Of a DNA stretch of 64,000 nucleotides, positions 30,410 to 40,787 are shown piece after piece; the stretch's first letter is position 1; the number at the start of each line of letters is the position of its first letter. This DNA comes from an uncultured delta proteobacterium (lineage in GTDB: Bacteria > Desulfobacterota > Binatia > DP-6), in assembly GCA_963815115.1 (NCBI GenBank), contig CAWFFN010000005.1, positions 64,001-128,000 of the forward strand, read 5' to 3'. Under the pieces are notes generated by a model that was given only the letters and a program-made list of their open reading frames with translations, was not told the origin of the DNA and did no database searches. Made by a program: the position numbers and the translations under genes.

Positions 30410-30916
30410 ATGGCCAACACCTTTCACGTCGCCGTCTACGTTCAGAGCATCCCCGAAGCGGTCGAGAAGTATCGAAAGATCCTCGGCCACGAGCCCGCGA
30501 AGGTTCGCCACGACTACGCGAAGTTTGAGCTCCAAGACCCTCCCGTCATCTTTTCGCTGAACGTCGGAGGCGAACCCGGGACGCTGAGCCATCTCGGGAT
30601 CCGTTACCCGGGCACCGGCGACGTCGCCTCGGAGCTGGTCCGTGTGAAGCAGGCAGACATCCCGCTCTTTCAGCAGGAAGGGACGACTTGCTGCTACGCA
30701 AAGGCGGACAAGTTCTGGGTGAGGGACGGAGACGGCATCCCGTGGGAGATGTACGCGCTCCTCGAGGACGTCCAGGCTGAGACGGCCGCGGACCCTCAGC
30801 TCCGCGCGTTCCTCGGCCAGGAGACGACAGAGGCAGCAGGCGGCGACGCTGCTCTGGCACCCTCGGCTGGTTGCTGCGTGCCAACGGGACTCCAGAGCTC
30901 GAGCGACCGCCGGTGA
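30410..30916 (+). CDS. arsI: ArsI/CadI-family VOC metalloenzyme (putative C-As lyase)
   Basis: FHVAV, PAKVRHDYAKF, HLGI, TTCCYA..DKFWV.D..G..WE; extra C-terminal CC; AAGGAGG RBS. Confidence 0.8.
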   Translation: MANTFHVAVYVQSIPEAVEKYRKILGHEPAKVRHDYAKFELQDPPVIFSLNVGGEPGTLSHLGIRYPGTGDVASELVRVKQADIPLFQQEGTTCCYAKADKFWVRDGDGIPWEMYALLEDVQAETAADPQLRAFLGQETTEAAGGDAALAPSAGCCVPTGLQSSSDRR

Positions 30917-30934
30917 GCGGAGGGAGATGGGACG

Positions 30935-31789
30935 ATGACCACGACGGTACAATCGAACACCGGCGACGTCCGCGACACAGTTCGGGAGCGCTACGGTGAG
31001 CTTGCTGAGAAAGCGTCCACACACGTGAGCGCGAGTCGCGTCGCGCTGAGCGCGGGCTATACGGAGGAGGACCTGGCCGCCGTCCCCGACGGCGCAAACC
31101 TCGGGCTCGGGTGCGGGAATCCCGTGGCGCTCGCCTCACTCCGCCCCGGAGACGTCGTCCTCGACCTTGGCTCGGGCGCCGGCTTCGATGCGCTCATCGC
31201 CGCGCGCAGTGTCGGCGACGGCGGCCGCATCATCGGTGTCGATATGACGCCGGAGATGGTCGAGAAGGCGCGCACGAATGCAGCGACGGTCGGGTTCACC
31301 AACGTCGACTTTCGTCTCGGCACCATCGAGGAGTTGCCGGTCGAAAGTGGCGCGGTGGACGTCGTCATCTCGAACTGCGTGATCAATCTCTCGCCGGACA
31401 AGCCTCGCGTCTTCGCGGAGGCGTTCCGTGTGCTTCGCCCCGGCGGACGCCTCATGGTCTCCGACATCGTCACGCTGGGGGAGCTCCCCGAGTCCGTCCG
31501 CTCGAGTGTCGCCGCTTACATCAGCTGTGTCGCCGGTGTCAGCACAAAAGACGACTACGTTCGGATGCTCCAGCACGCAGGCTTTGAGCGGGTCGACATC
31601 GTGGGGGAGAAGCCCGCAGCGCCTCTGCTGGGGATGATGGGCGGAGATGCGGAGGCATGCGCGTTTTCCGACCCGACCGTCTCGAGCATAGTCAGCGAGC
31701 TCGCGAAATCCGTGCCGCTCGAAGATCTGATGGACGCCGCACGGCTGGTCGTCAGCGTTCAAGTCGCTGCCTACAAGCCGACCACGTGA
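30935..31789 (+). CDS. arsM: Arsenite S-adenosylmethionine methyltransferase
   Basis: LGLGCGNP, VLDLGSGAGFD, GVDMTPEM, ISNCVINLSPDK, SCVAG. Confidence 0.92.
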   Translation: MTTTVQSNTGDVRDTVRERYGELAEKASTHVSASRVALSAGYTEEDLAAVPDGANLGLGCGNPVALASLRPGDVVLDLGSGAGFDALIAARSVGDGGRIIGVDMTPEMVEKARTNAATVGFTNVDFRLGTIEELPVESGAVDVVISNCVINLSPDKPRVFAEAFRVLRPGGRLMVSDIVTLGELPESVRSSVAAYISCVAGVSTKDDYVRMLQHAGFERVDIVGEKPAAPLLGMMGGDAEACAFSDPTVSSIVSELAKSVPLEDLMDAARLVVSVQVAAYKPTT

Positions 31790-31838
31790 CAGTGAGCGGC
31801 GCTCGGGCGGCCGGTTCAAAGCGGCCCGGAGAGCACGG

Positions 31839-32531
31839 TTGACCGCGGTATCGGACGCGAAGCAGCTTTTCACCGAGAAGCACGCGAGCTACGCCCGCTT
31901 CATCCGCTTCTTTCGGTACCCACAGGGCCTCCGTGCGTTCTTCCTGCGATCTCCGCTGCTTCGTTCGGGGCTGCGCGTTCTGGATGCGGGCTGCGGCACG
32001 GGCGTCGTGACGCTCTCACTTCGCAACGCACTCCTGCGGCGCGGCCTGACCCCGGGAAGCTTCCACGCATTCGACCTGACCCCGGCCATGCTAGAGCGGT
32101 TCCGCGAGAACCTTCATCAACGGCACATCGACGGGGTTGAGACCACGCAGGCCAATGTTCTTCAGCTCGACACGCTGCCGGACGCCTGGCGGCAGTACGA
32201 CCTCATCGTGACCGCGTCGATGCTGGAGTACTTGCCCCGAGACAAGCTCGCCGATGCCTTACGTGGTCTTTGCGGGCGGCTCGGCGAGAACGGACGGCTG
32301 GTGCTCTTCATCACGCGCCGGAACTGGCTGACGCGACCTCTGATCGGGCGCTGGTGGCAGTCAAACATTTACAGCGCGGAAGAGCTGCGAGTCGCCTTCC
32401 GGCAGGCTGGCTTCGCGGAATGGACCTTCCGGAGCTTCCCGCCTGCGGCTCGCTATCTCGCCCTGTGGGGCTACATCATCGAGGCGGCGACGGATGCCGC
32501 CGTTCCGTTGCCGATAGCCAGGAGGTCATAG
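31839..32531 (+). CDS. Class I SAM-dependent methyltransferase
   Basis: VLDAGCGTG, AFDLTPAML, YDLIVTASMLEY. Confidence 0.85.
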   Translation: MTAVSDAKQLFTEKHASYARFIRFFRYPQGLRAFFLRSPLLRSGLRVLDAGCGTGVVTLSLRNALLRRGLTPGSFHAFDLTPAMLERFRENLHQRHIDGVETTQANVLQLDTLPDAWRQYDLIVTASMLEYLPRDKLADALRGLCGRLGENGRLVLFITRRNWLTRPLIGRWWQSNIYSAEELRVAFRQAGFAEWTFRSFPPAARYLALWGYIIEAATDAAVPLPIARRS

Positions 32532-32705
32532 TCCGTGGCCGTGACCGCCGACCGGCTTGCAGTCGCGGTCAAAGTGCACTCGAATCTCGCGCCGAGAACC
32601 ACAGCGCGCGCAGACGGCGCGCTGCTTCGAGAAGGGCCGCAGCGATGCCACATCCGGGGGCCCTTCCTGCATACCGCTCTGTCTACGGCAACGCCGGACA
32701 ACAAT

Positions 32706-32894
32706 CTACGCCTCCTTCCCGCGCCGCTTCGGCCGCTCGCCACTTGCGCGCGCGAGCTTCTCCTCGATGGCCTTCGTCACGAAGTCCATCACGGATTTCT
32801 CCGCTTCCACGCAGTGGAGTTTCAACTCTCGATGCAACGCCTTCGGAATCCGCGTCGCAAGCTGCACCCACACTACCTCTTCACTTCTCGCCAT
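32706..32894 (-). CDS. Ribbon-helix-helix DNA-binding protein
   Basis: QLATRIPKALHRELKLHCVEAEKSVMDFVTKAIEEKL; AGGAGG RBS. Confidence 0.75.
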   Translation of the reverse strand: MARSEEVVWVQLATRIPKALHRELKLHCVEAEKSVMDFVTKAIEEKLARASGERPKRRGKEA

Positions 32895-33059
32895 CCTGAG
32901 ACGTCCTCCTTCCCCCCCGCCAGACACGGCTAGCCTCTCCGCCACTCGGCGTGCAAACGCTCAGATCGAGTGGCGGAAGGAATTCAGTGAATCGGCGCGG
33001 CATTTGCGAGAAGGCGGTGTGTCGCATAGGAGCGCACTCGTTAGCTGGGAGGTGAGGGG

Positions 33060-33245
33060 ATGCCTCGACGTAAGAGTCTGGCCACGGTCATCCGCGAGCT
33101 CGTGCAGCAGGAGGTGCGTCAAGCGATGGCGACTCTCTTCGGGAGCTTCGCGCCGAAGAAGCCCGCTAAGAATGGCCGCCGGCGTCGTCGCCGCGGGCCC
33201 GGACGTCCGCCGGGCTCAAAGAACAAACGTCGCAGCGTCCGATAG
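33060..33245 (+). CDS. Small basic protein with AT-hook-like motif
   Basis: GGAGG RBS; N-terminal helix then RRRRRRGPGRPPGSKNK. Confidence 0.65.
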   Translation: MPRRKSLATVIRELVQQEVRQAMATLFGSFAPKKPAKNGRRRRRRGPGRPPGSKNKRRSVR

Positions 33246-33394
33246 CTGCTTCTGACCGCCCGCGGGTGCTAACACGCTAGACGGCGCACTGAGAGCCCCG
33301 TAGAGCCTCGCGGGGGCGCCGGGCATAGCTACCCTACGGACCGAAGTATCGGCTTTTTGGCACGCGAGCCGATCGTAATCCCTGCGCGGGGCAC

Positions 33395-33422
33395 TTGCCA
33401 TATATCCATATGGGTATATGGT
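33395..33422 (+). promoter_or_regulatory. Promoter with RcnR/CsoR-type operator
   Basis: TTGCCA ... TATGGT hexamers overlapping near-palindrome ATATCCAT-ATGGGTAT. Confidence 0.6.
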
Positions 33423-33429
33423 GCGGGCC

Positions 33430-33703
33430 GTGGCTCACACGGTTCGTGAGAAGGACAAACTGCTGAACCGGGTTCATCCGGATTCGGGGGCAGCTCGCTG
33501 CGGTCGAGAGGGCGCTCACGGAAGAACGTGAGTGTCACGAGGTCCTGCAGACTCTCGCAGCTTGCAGAGGAGCGATATCGGCCCTGACCGCAGAGGTCAT
33601 TGAAGGGCACGTCCGAGATCACATCGCGAACCCTGATGCGACCTCGGAGAGGGCGCAGGCCGCCCGACAGCTGATCGATGTGATCAAGACGTATCTCCGG
33701 TAG
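33430..33703 (+). CDS. RcnR/FrmR/CsoR-family metal-sensing repressor (one frameshift)
   Basis: MAHTVREKDKLLNRV / RIRGQLAAVERAL..ECHEVLQ.LAACRGAI...VIEGHVRDH. Confidence 0.85.
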
Positions 33704-33706
33704 GTG

Positions 33707-35640
33707 ATGGCACAGACACCCCTGCAACACCCCGACCACGAAGCCACGCACACGCAACCTGAGCATCAAATCGAGTGGCCGGGGCTCTCGCGCATTGGCT
33801 TCGTGGCCCTCTGCGCCATCGGTAGCCTTCTGGAGCTCGGTCGCGCTTTCGGCCAGGTCGATCTCGTAGCCCTGGCGGGCGTTGTCGTCGGGGGCTACCC
33901 GATTCTCCTAGAAGCCGTCTCTGCGCTCGCGGTGCGCCGGATGACGATGGAGCTATCGATGGTCATTGCCATCGCCGCGGCGTGCGCCATCGGGGCTTTC
34001 CTCACCGCGGTCGTCATCGTGCTCTTCGTGCTCGTGGCCGAGGTGCTCGAGCACATGACAGTGAGCCGCGGCCGGCGCGCCATCGCCGAGCTCGTGAACC
34101 TTCTGCCGCAGACGGCCACGGTGCGCCGCGATGGCACGCCGCAGGAGGTGCGCGTTGCCGAGCTCCGGGTTAGCGACACTGTCGTCGTCAAACCTGGCTC
34201 ACGGCTCCCTGTCGACGGCGTCGTGCTCTCCGGCCACTCCTTCATCGACCAGTCGTCCGTCACTGGCGAATCCATGCCTGCGGAGAAGGTCCCCGGAGCC
34301 GCGTGTTTGCAGGCACGATCAACCAGTCGGGAGCGCTGGACGTCCGCGCGACCCGTATCGGGCGTGACACCGCCTTCGGCAAGATCATCGAGGCCGTCGA
34401 GCAGGCGGAACAGTCGCGAGCGCCCATAGAGAAGACAGCAGACCGGTTGGCGGCATATCTCGTCTACTTTGCACTGGCGTCAGCTGTGCTGACGTTCGTC
34501 ATCACGCACGACATCCGCTCCACCATCTCCGTCATCATCGTTGCCGGCGCGTGTGGCATCGCTGCCGGCACACCGCTGGCGATTCTCGGGGCTATCGGCC
34601 GGGCGGCACGCAAGGGCGCCATCATCAAGGGAGGGCGCTACCTGGAGGTGCTCGGCCGAGTCGATACGGTCGTCCTCGATAAGACCGGCACGCTCACGCT
34701 TGGCGCGCCGCAGGTCGTTGCCGTGCACCCCTGCGGCACGGCGAGCACTCGCATGCTCGTTGAGCAGGCCGCCATCGCGGAACGCCCATCAGAGCATCCC
34801 CTTGCCCGGGCGATTCTTGAGAAGGCGCGGGCGCTCGGAAGCGAGCTCCTCGAACCCGACGGGTTTCAAAGTACCCCCGGGGGTGGCGTCGTAGCCAAAG
34901 TCCGCGGCGTGGACATCGTCGTCGGGAGGGCCTCTTTTCTTGAGGAGCACGGCATTAACATCGGCACCCATCAACCCTCGGGCGGCCACCACTCCGAGGT
35001 CTTGGTCGCAAGCGCAGGGCAGTTTCTCGGTACCCTTGATGTTGCTGATGTGCTCCGGCCCGAGGCGACTCAGGCTGTTGCTGCGCTTCGAGCCATGGGG
35101 ATGCGGACGGTTCTACTCACTGGTGACGCGGACGGGATTGCGTGCACCGTAGGCGCGCGGCTTGGCGTCGACGAGGTGGCCGCAGAACTACTCCCCGACG
35201 AAAAGCTCGCTCGCGTGCGCACGCTCGTGCAGGAGGGGAAGACCGTCGCGATGGTCGGCGACGGCATCAACGACGCACCGGCGTTGGCGCAGGCGAGTGT
35301 GGGCATCGCCATGGGCTCCGGAACAGCGCTCGCTCGGGAAACGGCCGACGTGCTGCTCCTTGGGGACAACTTGGTCGCGCTCGTCGAAACGTTCCACATC
35401 GCTCGTCGGTGTCGTCGCATCATCATGCAGAACTTCTCGGGTACCCTTATCGTCGATGGGGCAGGTGTGCTGCTTGCGGCCTTCGGCCTGTTGAACCCAC
35501 TGTTGGCCGCCTTCATCCACGTCTCATCGGAGCTCGCCTTCATCCTGAACTCGGCGCGACTACTGCCCGCAGGACCTGCGACCGGGACGTCAATTCCTCA
35601 AGGAGTTGAGTCTTCAACGTCCATTCGGGCAGCTGCCTAG
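33707..35640 (+). CDS. Heavy-metal P1B-type ATPase (frameshift near 34300)
   Basis: TGES, DKTGTLT, SEHPLA, TGD, GDGINDAPAL; intramembrane motif VAGACGIAAGTP. Confidence 0.9.
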
Positions 35641-37291
35641 CCCGGATAATTCACGCCGGCCAGCGTGAGAAAGCCACCGCCCCTCTCCAAGTGTGCTAGA
35701 AACGCGCTTGTCGAGAGCAGCGTCGTGCACGCGGCGGGGAGGTGGCGGTGGCTACAGAGTGTCATACGCAATTCGGCTTCACTTTCCAACGGAAGGTGAC
35801 GGCCGCGTTCGACGGCGGCGAGATCACGAGCGACGCGGGGCTGCTGCTCGTTCGGGAGTTCGACGAACGGCTCGGCCTGACCGCAGCGCTCCGCGCGGCC
35901 GTCGCCGATCGTCGTGATCGCCGCTACGTGACCCACGACGTGCTGACCCTGCTGCGGCAGCGGGTGTACCAGATCGCCGCCGGCTACGAGGATGCCAACG
36001 ACGCCAGGTACCTGCGGCACGACCCGACCCTGCAGACCGTTGCCCAGCGCCTCGGCACCCCGCTCGCGTCGCAGCCGACCCTCTCGCGGCTCGAGAACGC
36101 GGTCGAGTGGGGCACCGTCCGGCGATTGGGCCGGGTGCTGCGCCAGTGGTTTACCCGCCACGCCGTCGCGCGCCGCGTGCCGCCGGCCGAACTCATCCTC
36201 GACATCGACTCGACCGACGATCCGACCCACGGGCAGCAGCAGCTCAGCTTCTTCAACGGACACTACGACCAGCACATGTACCATCCGCTGCTCGTCTTCG
36301 CCGACGGCTATCTCCTGGGCGCGCGGTTGCGCCCGGGCGACGTCGGCGGCGCGACCCACCTGCGCCCGCTGCTCGCGCCGATCGTGACGCACCTGCGCGC
36401 CGCGCTGCCGGCCACCGCGCTTGCCCTGCGGGCGGATGGCGGCTTCTGCAACCCGGATCTGCTCGACTACGCCGAGCACGCTGGGCTCACCTACGCCATT
36501 GGGATGCCGCCGAACCCCAAGCTGGTCGCGGCCGTCGCACTCCACCGCGTCCACGCCCAAGTGGTCTACCTGCGCACCGGGCAGCCCGTGCGGTGGTTTA
36601 CCAGCGTGCGCTACCAGACCCGGAGCTGGCGCCGGCCGCGCCGCGTGCTCGCGCTGATCGAGCACACCGCACAGGGGCCGAACGTCCGCTTCGTCGTCAC
36701 CAACCGCCGCGGGCGGGCCGCCGACCTCTTCCACTGGTACCACCAGCGCGGGCAGGCGGAAAATTTCATCAAGGAGCTCAAGCGCGATCTCGCCGCCGAT
36801 CGGCTCTCCTGCCATGCCTTCCGCGCCAACGCCGTGCGCCTCCTGCTCCATGCGCTCGCCTACGACCTGCTGCACCTCTTCCGGCTCCGTGTGCTGGCCG
36901 GCACCTCGCTCGCCACTGCGACGCTCGGCACCGTACGGCTGCGACTCCTCAAGCTCGGCGCCCGCGTCGTCCGCTCGGTGCGACGGTGGTGGTTTCATCT
37001 CGCCACCGGTTGGCCCGGGCAGCCACTCTTCCTGGCCATTCACCAGCATCTCCGCAGGCTGCGCGCCTCGCCCTGAGCGCGCCGCTCCAGGCCCCCCCAT
37101 GCGTCCTCCGTATCGCGGTCGCCGTCACCGCATCCCCGACCTGTGCCCACAATGGCGGCCACGGGCCTCGCGCTGCACGCCGCGACGTGTCTCGCACCCG
37201 GCGGCCCCTATCCCGTAGCCGGATGGGTCGCGAGCGCCGCGCCGCGCTCGTCGTCAGCCGTCCACCGCTGGCACTTCATGAATGATCCGGG
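35641..37291 (+). mobile_element. Complete IS1380-family element (transposase 35742-37076)
   Basis: FDGGEITSDAG, GYEDAND, LASQPTLSRLEN, LDIDST, RADGGF, RGQAENFIKE; IRs CCCGGATAATTCA / TGAATGATCCGGG, flanked by CTAG on both sides. Confidence 0.95.
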
Positions 37292-37528
37292 CTAGTCGGG
37301 GCCGCGACCGAAGGTTGGTGCCAGCGGCCACGCCGGACCCTTTGACGGACCAGACGGTATCTCAGAACCGAAACGGCAGGGTAGGGGACGCTGAGGAGAA
37401 GGGCAGGGGAGCCGCCGTCCTCGGCCTGGTCGCGTCGGGTCCAGTCTCGCGTGAGACCCCGACGGCGACGGTCGAAAACGGCAGGAGTATATCCCCCTCG
37501 GAGGCTGACCGGACCGGCAAACGGAGCG

Positions 37529-38149
37529 CTACCGGGTGCGAGCGGTGGCGAGGAGGAGCCCTCGGGATGTACCAGTCTCGTTCACCAAAACGTCGTCGAA
37601 CCCGCCGTCCCGAAGAAAACGAGTGACCTCAGCATCGGTGTAGAAGCGGTAGACCGTGGAGGGGAAATCCTTGGTGCCTGCATCCGCGCTGGGTCGGAAG
37701 CACAGCGCGAGTACCCCCCCTGGCTTCAGCACCCGACGCAGTTCGGCAACGACTTCGGCCGGGCGTTCCCAGAAGTAGAGCGTGTGCACGGAGTAGACCT
37801 TGTCGAAGGACGCGCTCTCAAACGGAAGCTTCTCGGCAGTGCCGAGCCGGAGTTCCACTCGGCCCTCGCGTATGAAGCGCTCGCAGCGTCGAGTGGCCAT
37901 GCCGAGCATCTCCTCGGAGACCTCGACGCCGGCGACGCTGCAGGCCGTCACCATGCCAGCGACGCGCTCAAGTGCTCGACCTGGACCGAAGCCGACTTCG
38001 AGCACACGATCCGTTGGCTTGAGGTCGAGGCGTTCCAGGGCGGCGTCGTTTTCCGTGGTCGTCTCCGCCTCCATGATGCACCCAATGAGCCAGCCAAGCA
38101 GGCCCGTCGGACACCGGGATTGCTTCGCGATGAACTCCGGCCGCCGCAT
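37529..38149 (-). CDS. Class I SAM-dependent methyltransferase
   Basis: VLEVGFGPG, GVEVSEEM, LPFESASFDKV..VHTLYFW, VLKPGG. Confidence 0.88.
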   Translation of the reverse strand: MRRPEFIAKQSRCPTGLLGWLIGCIMEAETTTENDAALERLDLKPTDRVLEVGFGPGRALERVAGMVTACSVAGVEVSEEMLGMATRRCERFIREGRVELRLGTAEKLPFESASFDKVYSVHTLYFWERPAEVVAELRRVLKPGGVLALCFRPSADAGTKDFPSTVYRFYTDAEVTRFLRDGGFDDVLVNETGTSRGLLLATARTR

Positions 38150-38157
38150 CGTCGTCG

Positions 38158-38352
38158 TCAGCGCCCGCAGTCTCGGACGACGGCGCGGATGCCGAGGAGG
38201 TACGTGACACACGCCCCGATGATGGTGGTCGCGAACCCCACCGTAAGCTCGTTCACGCCGGCGATGCAGCTCCGCGGGATGACGATGCCGTAGCCGATTC
38301 CCACCGTGGGTACGACGAAACCGATCAGCGGGACGAGATAGCGCAGCTTCAC
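38158..38352 (-). CDS. Small membrane protein
   Basis: Two TM helices; GTG overlaps the upstream stop. Confidence 0.6.
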   Translation of the reverse strand: MKLRYLVPLIGFVVPTVGIGYGIVIPRSCIAGVNELTVGFATTIIGACVTYLLGIRAVVRDCGR

Positions 38353-40007
38353 GGCCGGCTCCCTTCCGTCGGGTGACGGCACGTCCGCTCCTCGGCGCCA
38401 ACCCGAATCCATGTCGTCGTCCGTCCCAGAAGCGGTACGCCGAAGTAGCCCCGCAGGTAGAGTCGGTCACCCTCGAGAGTCATCCGGCAGCGATACGTAC
38501 GCCCACTCGTGGGATCGTAGATCATCCCGCCTGCCCAGACGTTCTCGTCCTGCGGGGACCGCTCCAGCCCGTGGAAGATCTCGAGCCCCTCGATCGCCCG
38601 TCCCCGAAGGCCTGTGTCCGCGTTTTGCACGTCCCGCAGCGCACAGCCGTTCTCATCGAACGGGGACCGCAGCCGCTCCACCCGTCCGCATAGCGCTCTG
38701 CCGCAGGACTCGACGCGAACCGTCGCGGCGCCCCCCTCGGCATACCAGAGACCTTCCGGCGTGCCTGCTTCGGCATGCGCTGTCGCGACCATGGCGAAGA
38801 CAAGGAGGGCCGCGGCGGCTGAGCGAGCCGCGAGTCGCGGGAGCGGGCACGCCTTCGGCCGCATGCCGAAGAGAAAGCGTGCGGCAGGGAGCTCGCGCAC
38901 GATGAAGTGGTAGATCGCGAAGGTGAGAAGAACCGAGACGGTGAGAATAAGGAGGAACTTGGCCGCGACACCAAGAGGAAGACGAACCAAGAAGTACCCG
39001 GGAACGACAATCGCTGCCTGGTGGAGGATGTACACCGGGAAAGCCGCTTCACTCAGGTAGTGGAGCGTCGCGTTTCCGAAGTTGAGAAATCGCCGTCCCA
39101 GCCCCATCGCCGCAAGCACGAAGCACCAACCCGCAATCGCACTGCCAGCAAGAAGCACCGTTGGGGACTCATAGAGCCGGAGCACGCCGGCAAGGAGGAC
39201 GCCGCACGTCGCGACGCCCAGCACAAGAGCGCGTCGCCACTCACGCTGCGCGACCTCTTCGACGGCCGGGTATCGTGCAAGAACAAAGCCCGCGAAGAGA
39301 TACGTCGTGTAGTACGCGACATTTGCCCAGTCGTTGTAGAGGTTCTGGATTCCCGGCCAGTGCGGACGCAGCAAGAGCTGCACAAGCACAAGCGGAAGGA
39401 TGGGCGCGTAGACGACGAGCACCGAGACGCGTCCGAGTTCTCTCGATCGGCGAAGGAGGTAAGAGAACGCTGGCAGGTAGAGGAGTGTGAACGTGAACAG
39501 ATACGCGACGAACCAGAGGTGCGCCCACGTGAAGCGCTCGAGCGAGAAGAAAGTCGGGAGGAACTCTCTGAACGATTCGCCAAAGGGCTCCGCCACAGGA
39601 AGCCCGTCTGGGATGACGAGTCGAAAGCCATCCTGGAGTGCCGGGCTCACGCGAAGACCGGCATGGTTTAGGTCGAGCCCGCTCGAGAGCTCGAGGTACT
39701 TGATGACCGGCATGAACAGGACACAGCCGAAGAGCAGCGGCACGAGCAGGCGGAGACTTCGTTCCTTGAGCACGCCGGCACTACCCCGCCTCCGAAGGGA
39801 CTCGCAGAGCGACCATCCCGCGAGCAGGAAAAAGAGCGGCATGTGCCACAGGCTGATGAAGCCGCAGACGACAAGCCAGCCGAAGGAGAGCTCGTCGTTT
39901 CGGATGTGGTAGAAGGGCGCAGGGTTGAAGACCATGCCGACGTGGAAGACGAAGAGGAGCAGCGTTGCTCCTACGCGAAGCCAGTCGATGTCGTAGCGGC
40001 GTTCCAT
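38349..40007 (-). CDS. Acyltransferase-3 (OpgC/MdoC-like) fused to DUF2147 domain
   Basis: RRYDIDWLR, HMPLFFLLAG, HLWFV, FPVYILHQ; C-terminal GLW...CG.ALCGRV...IYDPTSGRTY...LRGYFGVPLLGRTTTW.R. Confidence 0.8.
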   Translation of the reverse strand: MERRYDIDWLRVGATLLLFVFHVGMVFNPAPFYHIRNDELSFGWLVVCGFISLWHMPLFFLLAGWSLCESLRRRGSAGVLKERSLRLLVPLLFGCVLFMPVIKYLELSSGLDLNHAGLRVSPALQDGFRLVIPDGLPVAEPFGESFREFLPTFFSLERFTWAHLWFVAYLFTFTLLYLPAFSYLLRRSRELGRVSVLVVYAPILPLVLVQLLLRPHWPGIQNLYNDWANVAYYTTYLFAGFVLARYPAVEEVAQREWRRALVLGVATCGVLLAGVLRLYESPTVLLAGSAIAGWCFVLAAMGLGRRFLNFGNATLHYLSEAAFPVYILHQAAIVVPGYFLVRLPLGVAAKFLLILTVSVLLTFAIYHFIVRELPAARFLFGMRPKACPLPRLAARSAAAALLVFAMVATAHAEAGTPEGLWYAEGGAATVRVESCGRALCGRVERLRSPFDENGCALRDVQNADTGLRGRAIEGLEIFHGLERSPQDENVWAGGMIYDPTSGRTYRCRMTLEGDRLYLRGYFGVPLLGRTTTWIRVGAEERTCRHPTEGSRP

Positions 40008-40708
40008 CAGCGTGCATCCTTTGCCAGCGCACTCACGATGAAGTGCACGGCAGTCTCCCGCGCGACCGCGTCCGTGACGGGCTGCGGTGCGGCATCCCAG
40101 TGTCGGTGGACTGCCCAGAAGACGAGCGTCTCAAGGACGAGCCGTGCAGCGACGGCCGGATCCGGCGCCGGCTTCAATCGCTTCTGACGAAAGCGGTCGG
40201 TCAGGTACTGTGTCAGGAGACCGACCAGCCCACTGCGCGCGCCTGTGAACCACAGCGCCGCGATCTCGGGCGTGTCCCGTGCCGAGCTGTCGACCAGCTT
40301 GATCCCAACGCGGTTCTCACTCAGCGTGTCGTAGAGCTGTCGGACGATGGCTTCGAGCTCCGCGCGAGGGTCCGCCGCAGGCCGGCCCTTGAGCGCCTTC
40401 AGCAACGCGGCCGGCGCCCGATTCTTCGCCAGGCGCTCGCGCACGTAGCGCAGTGTCTGCCCTGGCTTGGGCGTGGGGACCGGCAACACCGGCGGATCGG
40501 CGAACGGGGGTGGGGTGTCAGCACACCGCGCGACGAGGTCGAAGAGGGCGTCCTTGCTCTCGACGTAGAGGTAGAGGGTGCCTTTCGCGACGCCGAGCGC
40601 GGTGGCGACGTCGGCCATCTGTGTCCGCCGGTAGCCTTGCGCGATAAAAACCTGTGTCGCGCACTTGATGAGCTCCGCGATGCGGTCGGGCGGCGTCTCT
40701 CGGGCCAC
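40007..40708 (-). CDS. TetR-family regulator
   Basis: FIAQGYRRTQMADVA..LGVAKGTLYLYVESKDALF. Confidence 0.9.
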   Translation of the reverse strand: MARETPPDRIAELIKCATQVFIAQGYRRTQMADVATALGVAKGTLYLYVESKDALFDLVARCADTPPPFADPPVLPVPTPKPGQTLRYVRERLAKNRAPAALLKALKGRPAADPRAELEAIVRQLYDTLSENRVGIKLVDSSARDTPEIAALWFTGARSGLVGLLTQYLTDRFRQKRLKPAPDPAVAARLVLETLVFWAVHRHWDAAPQPVTDAVARETAVHFIVSALAKDAR

Positions 40709-40720
40709 GGGGCATGTATA

Positions 40721-40739
40721 ACTGACCGACTTAGTCAGT
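40721..40739. promoter_or_regulatory. TetR-type operator
   Basis: ACTGAC-N7-GTCAGT palindrome overlapping a minus-strand TTGACT -35. Confidence 0.65.
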
Positions 40740-40787
40740 CAAGAGCCTTGCCTTGCCCTCCCCCGGGGCGTTCCCTATGTCGCAGGA

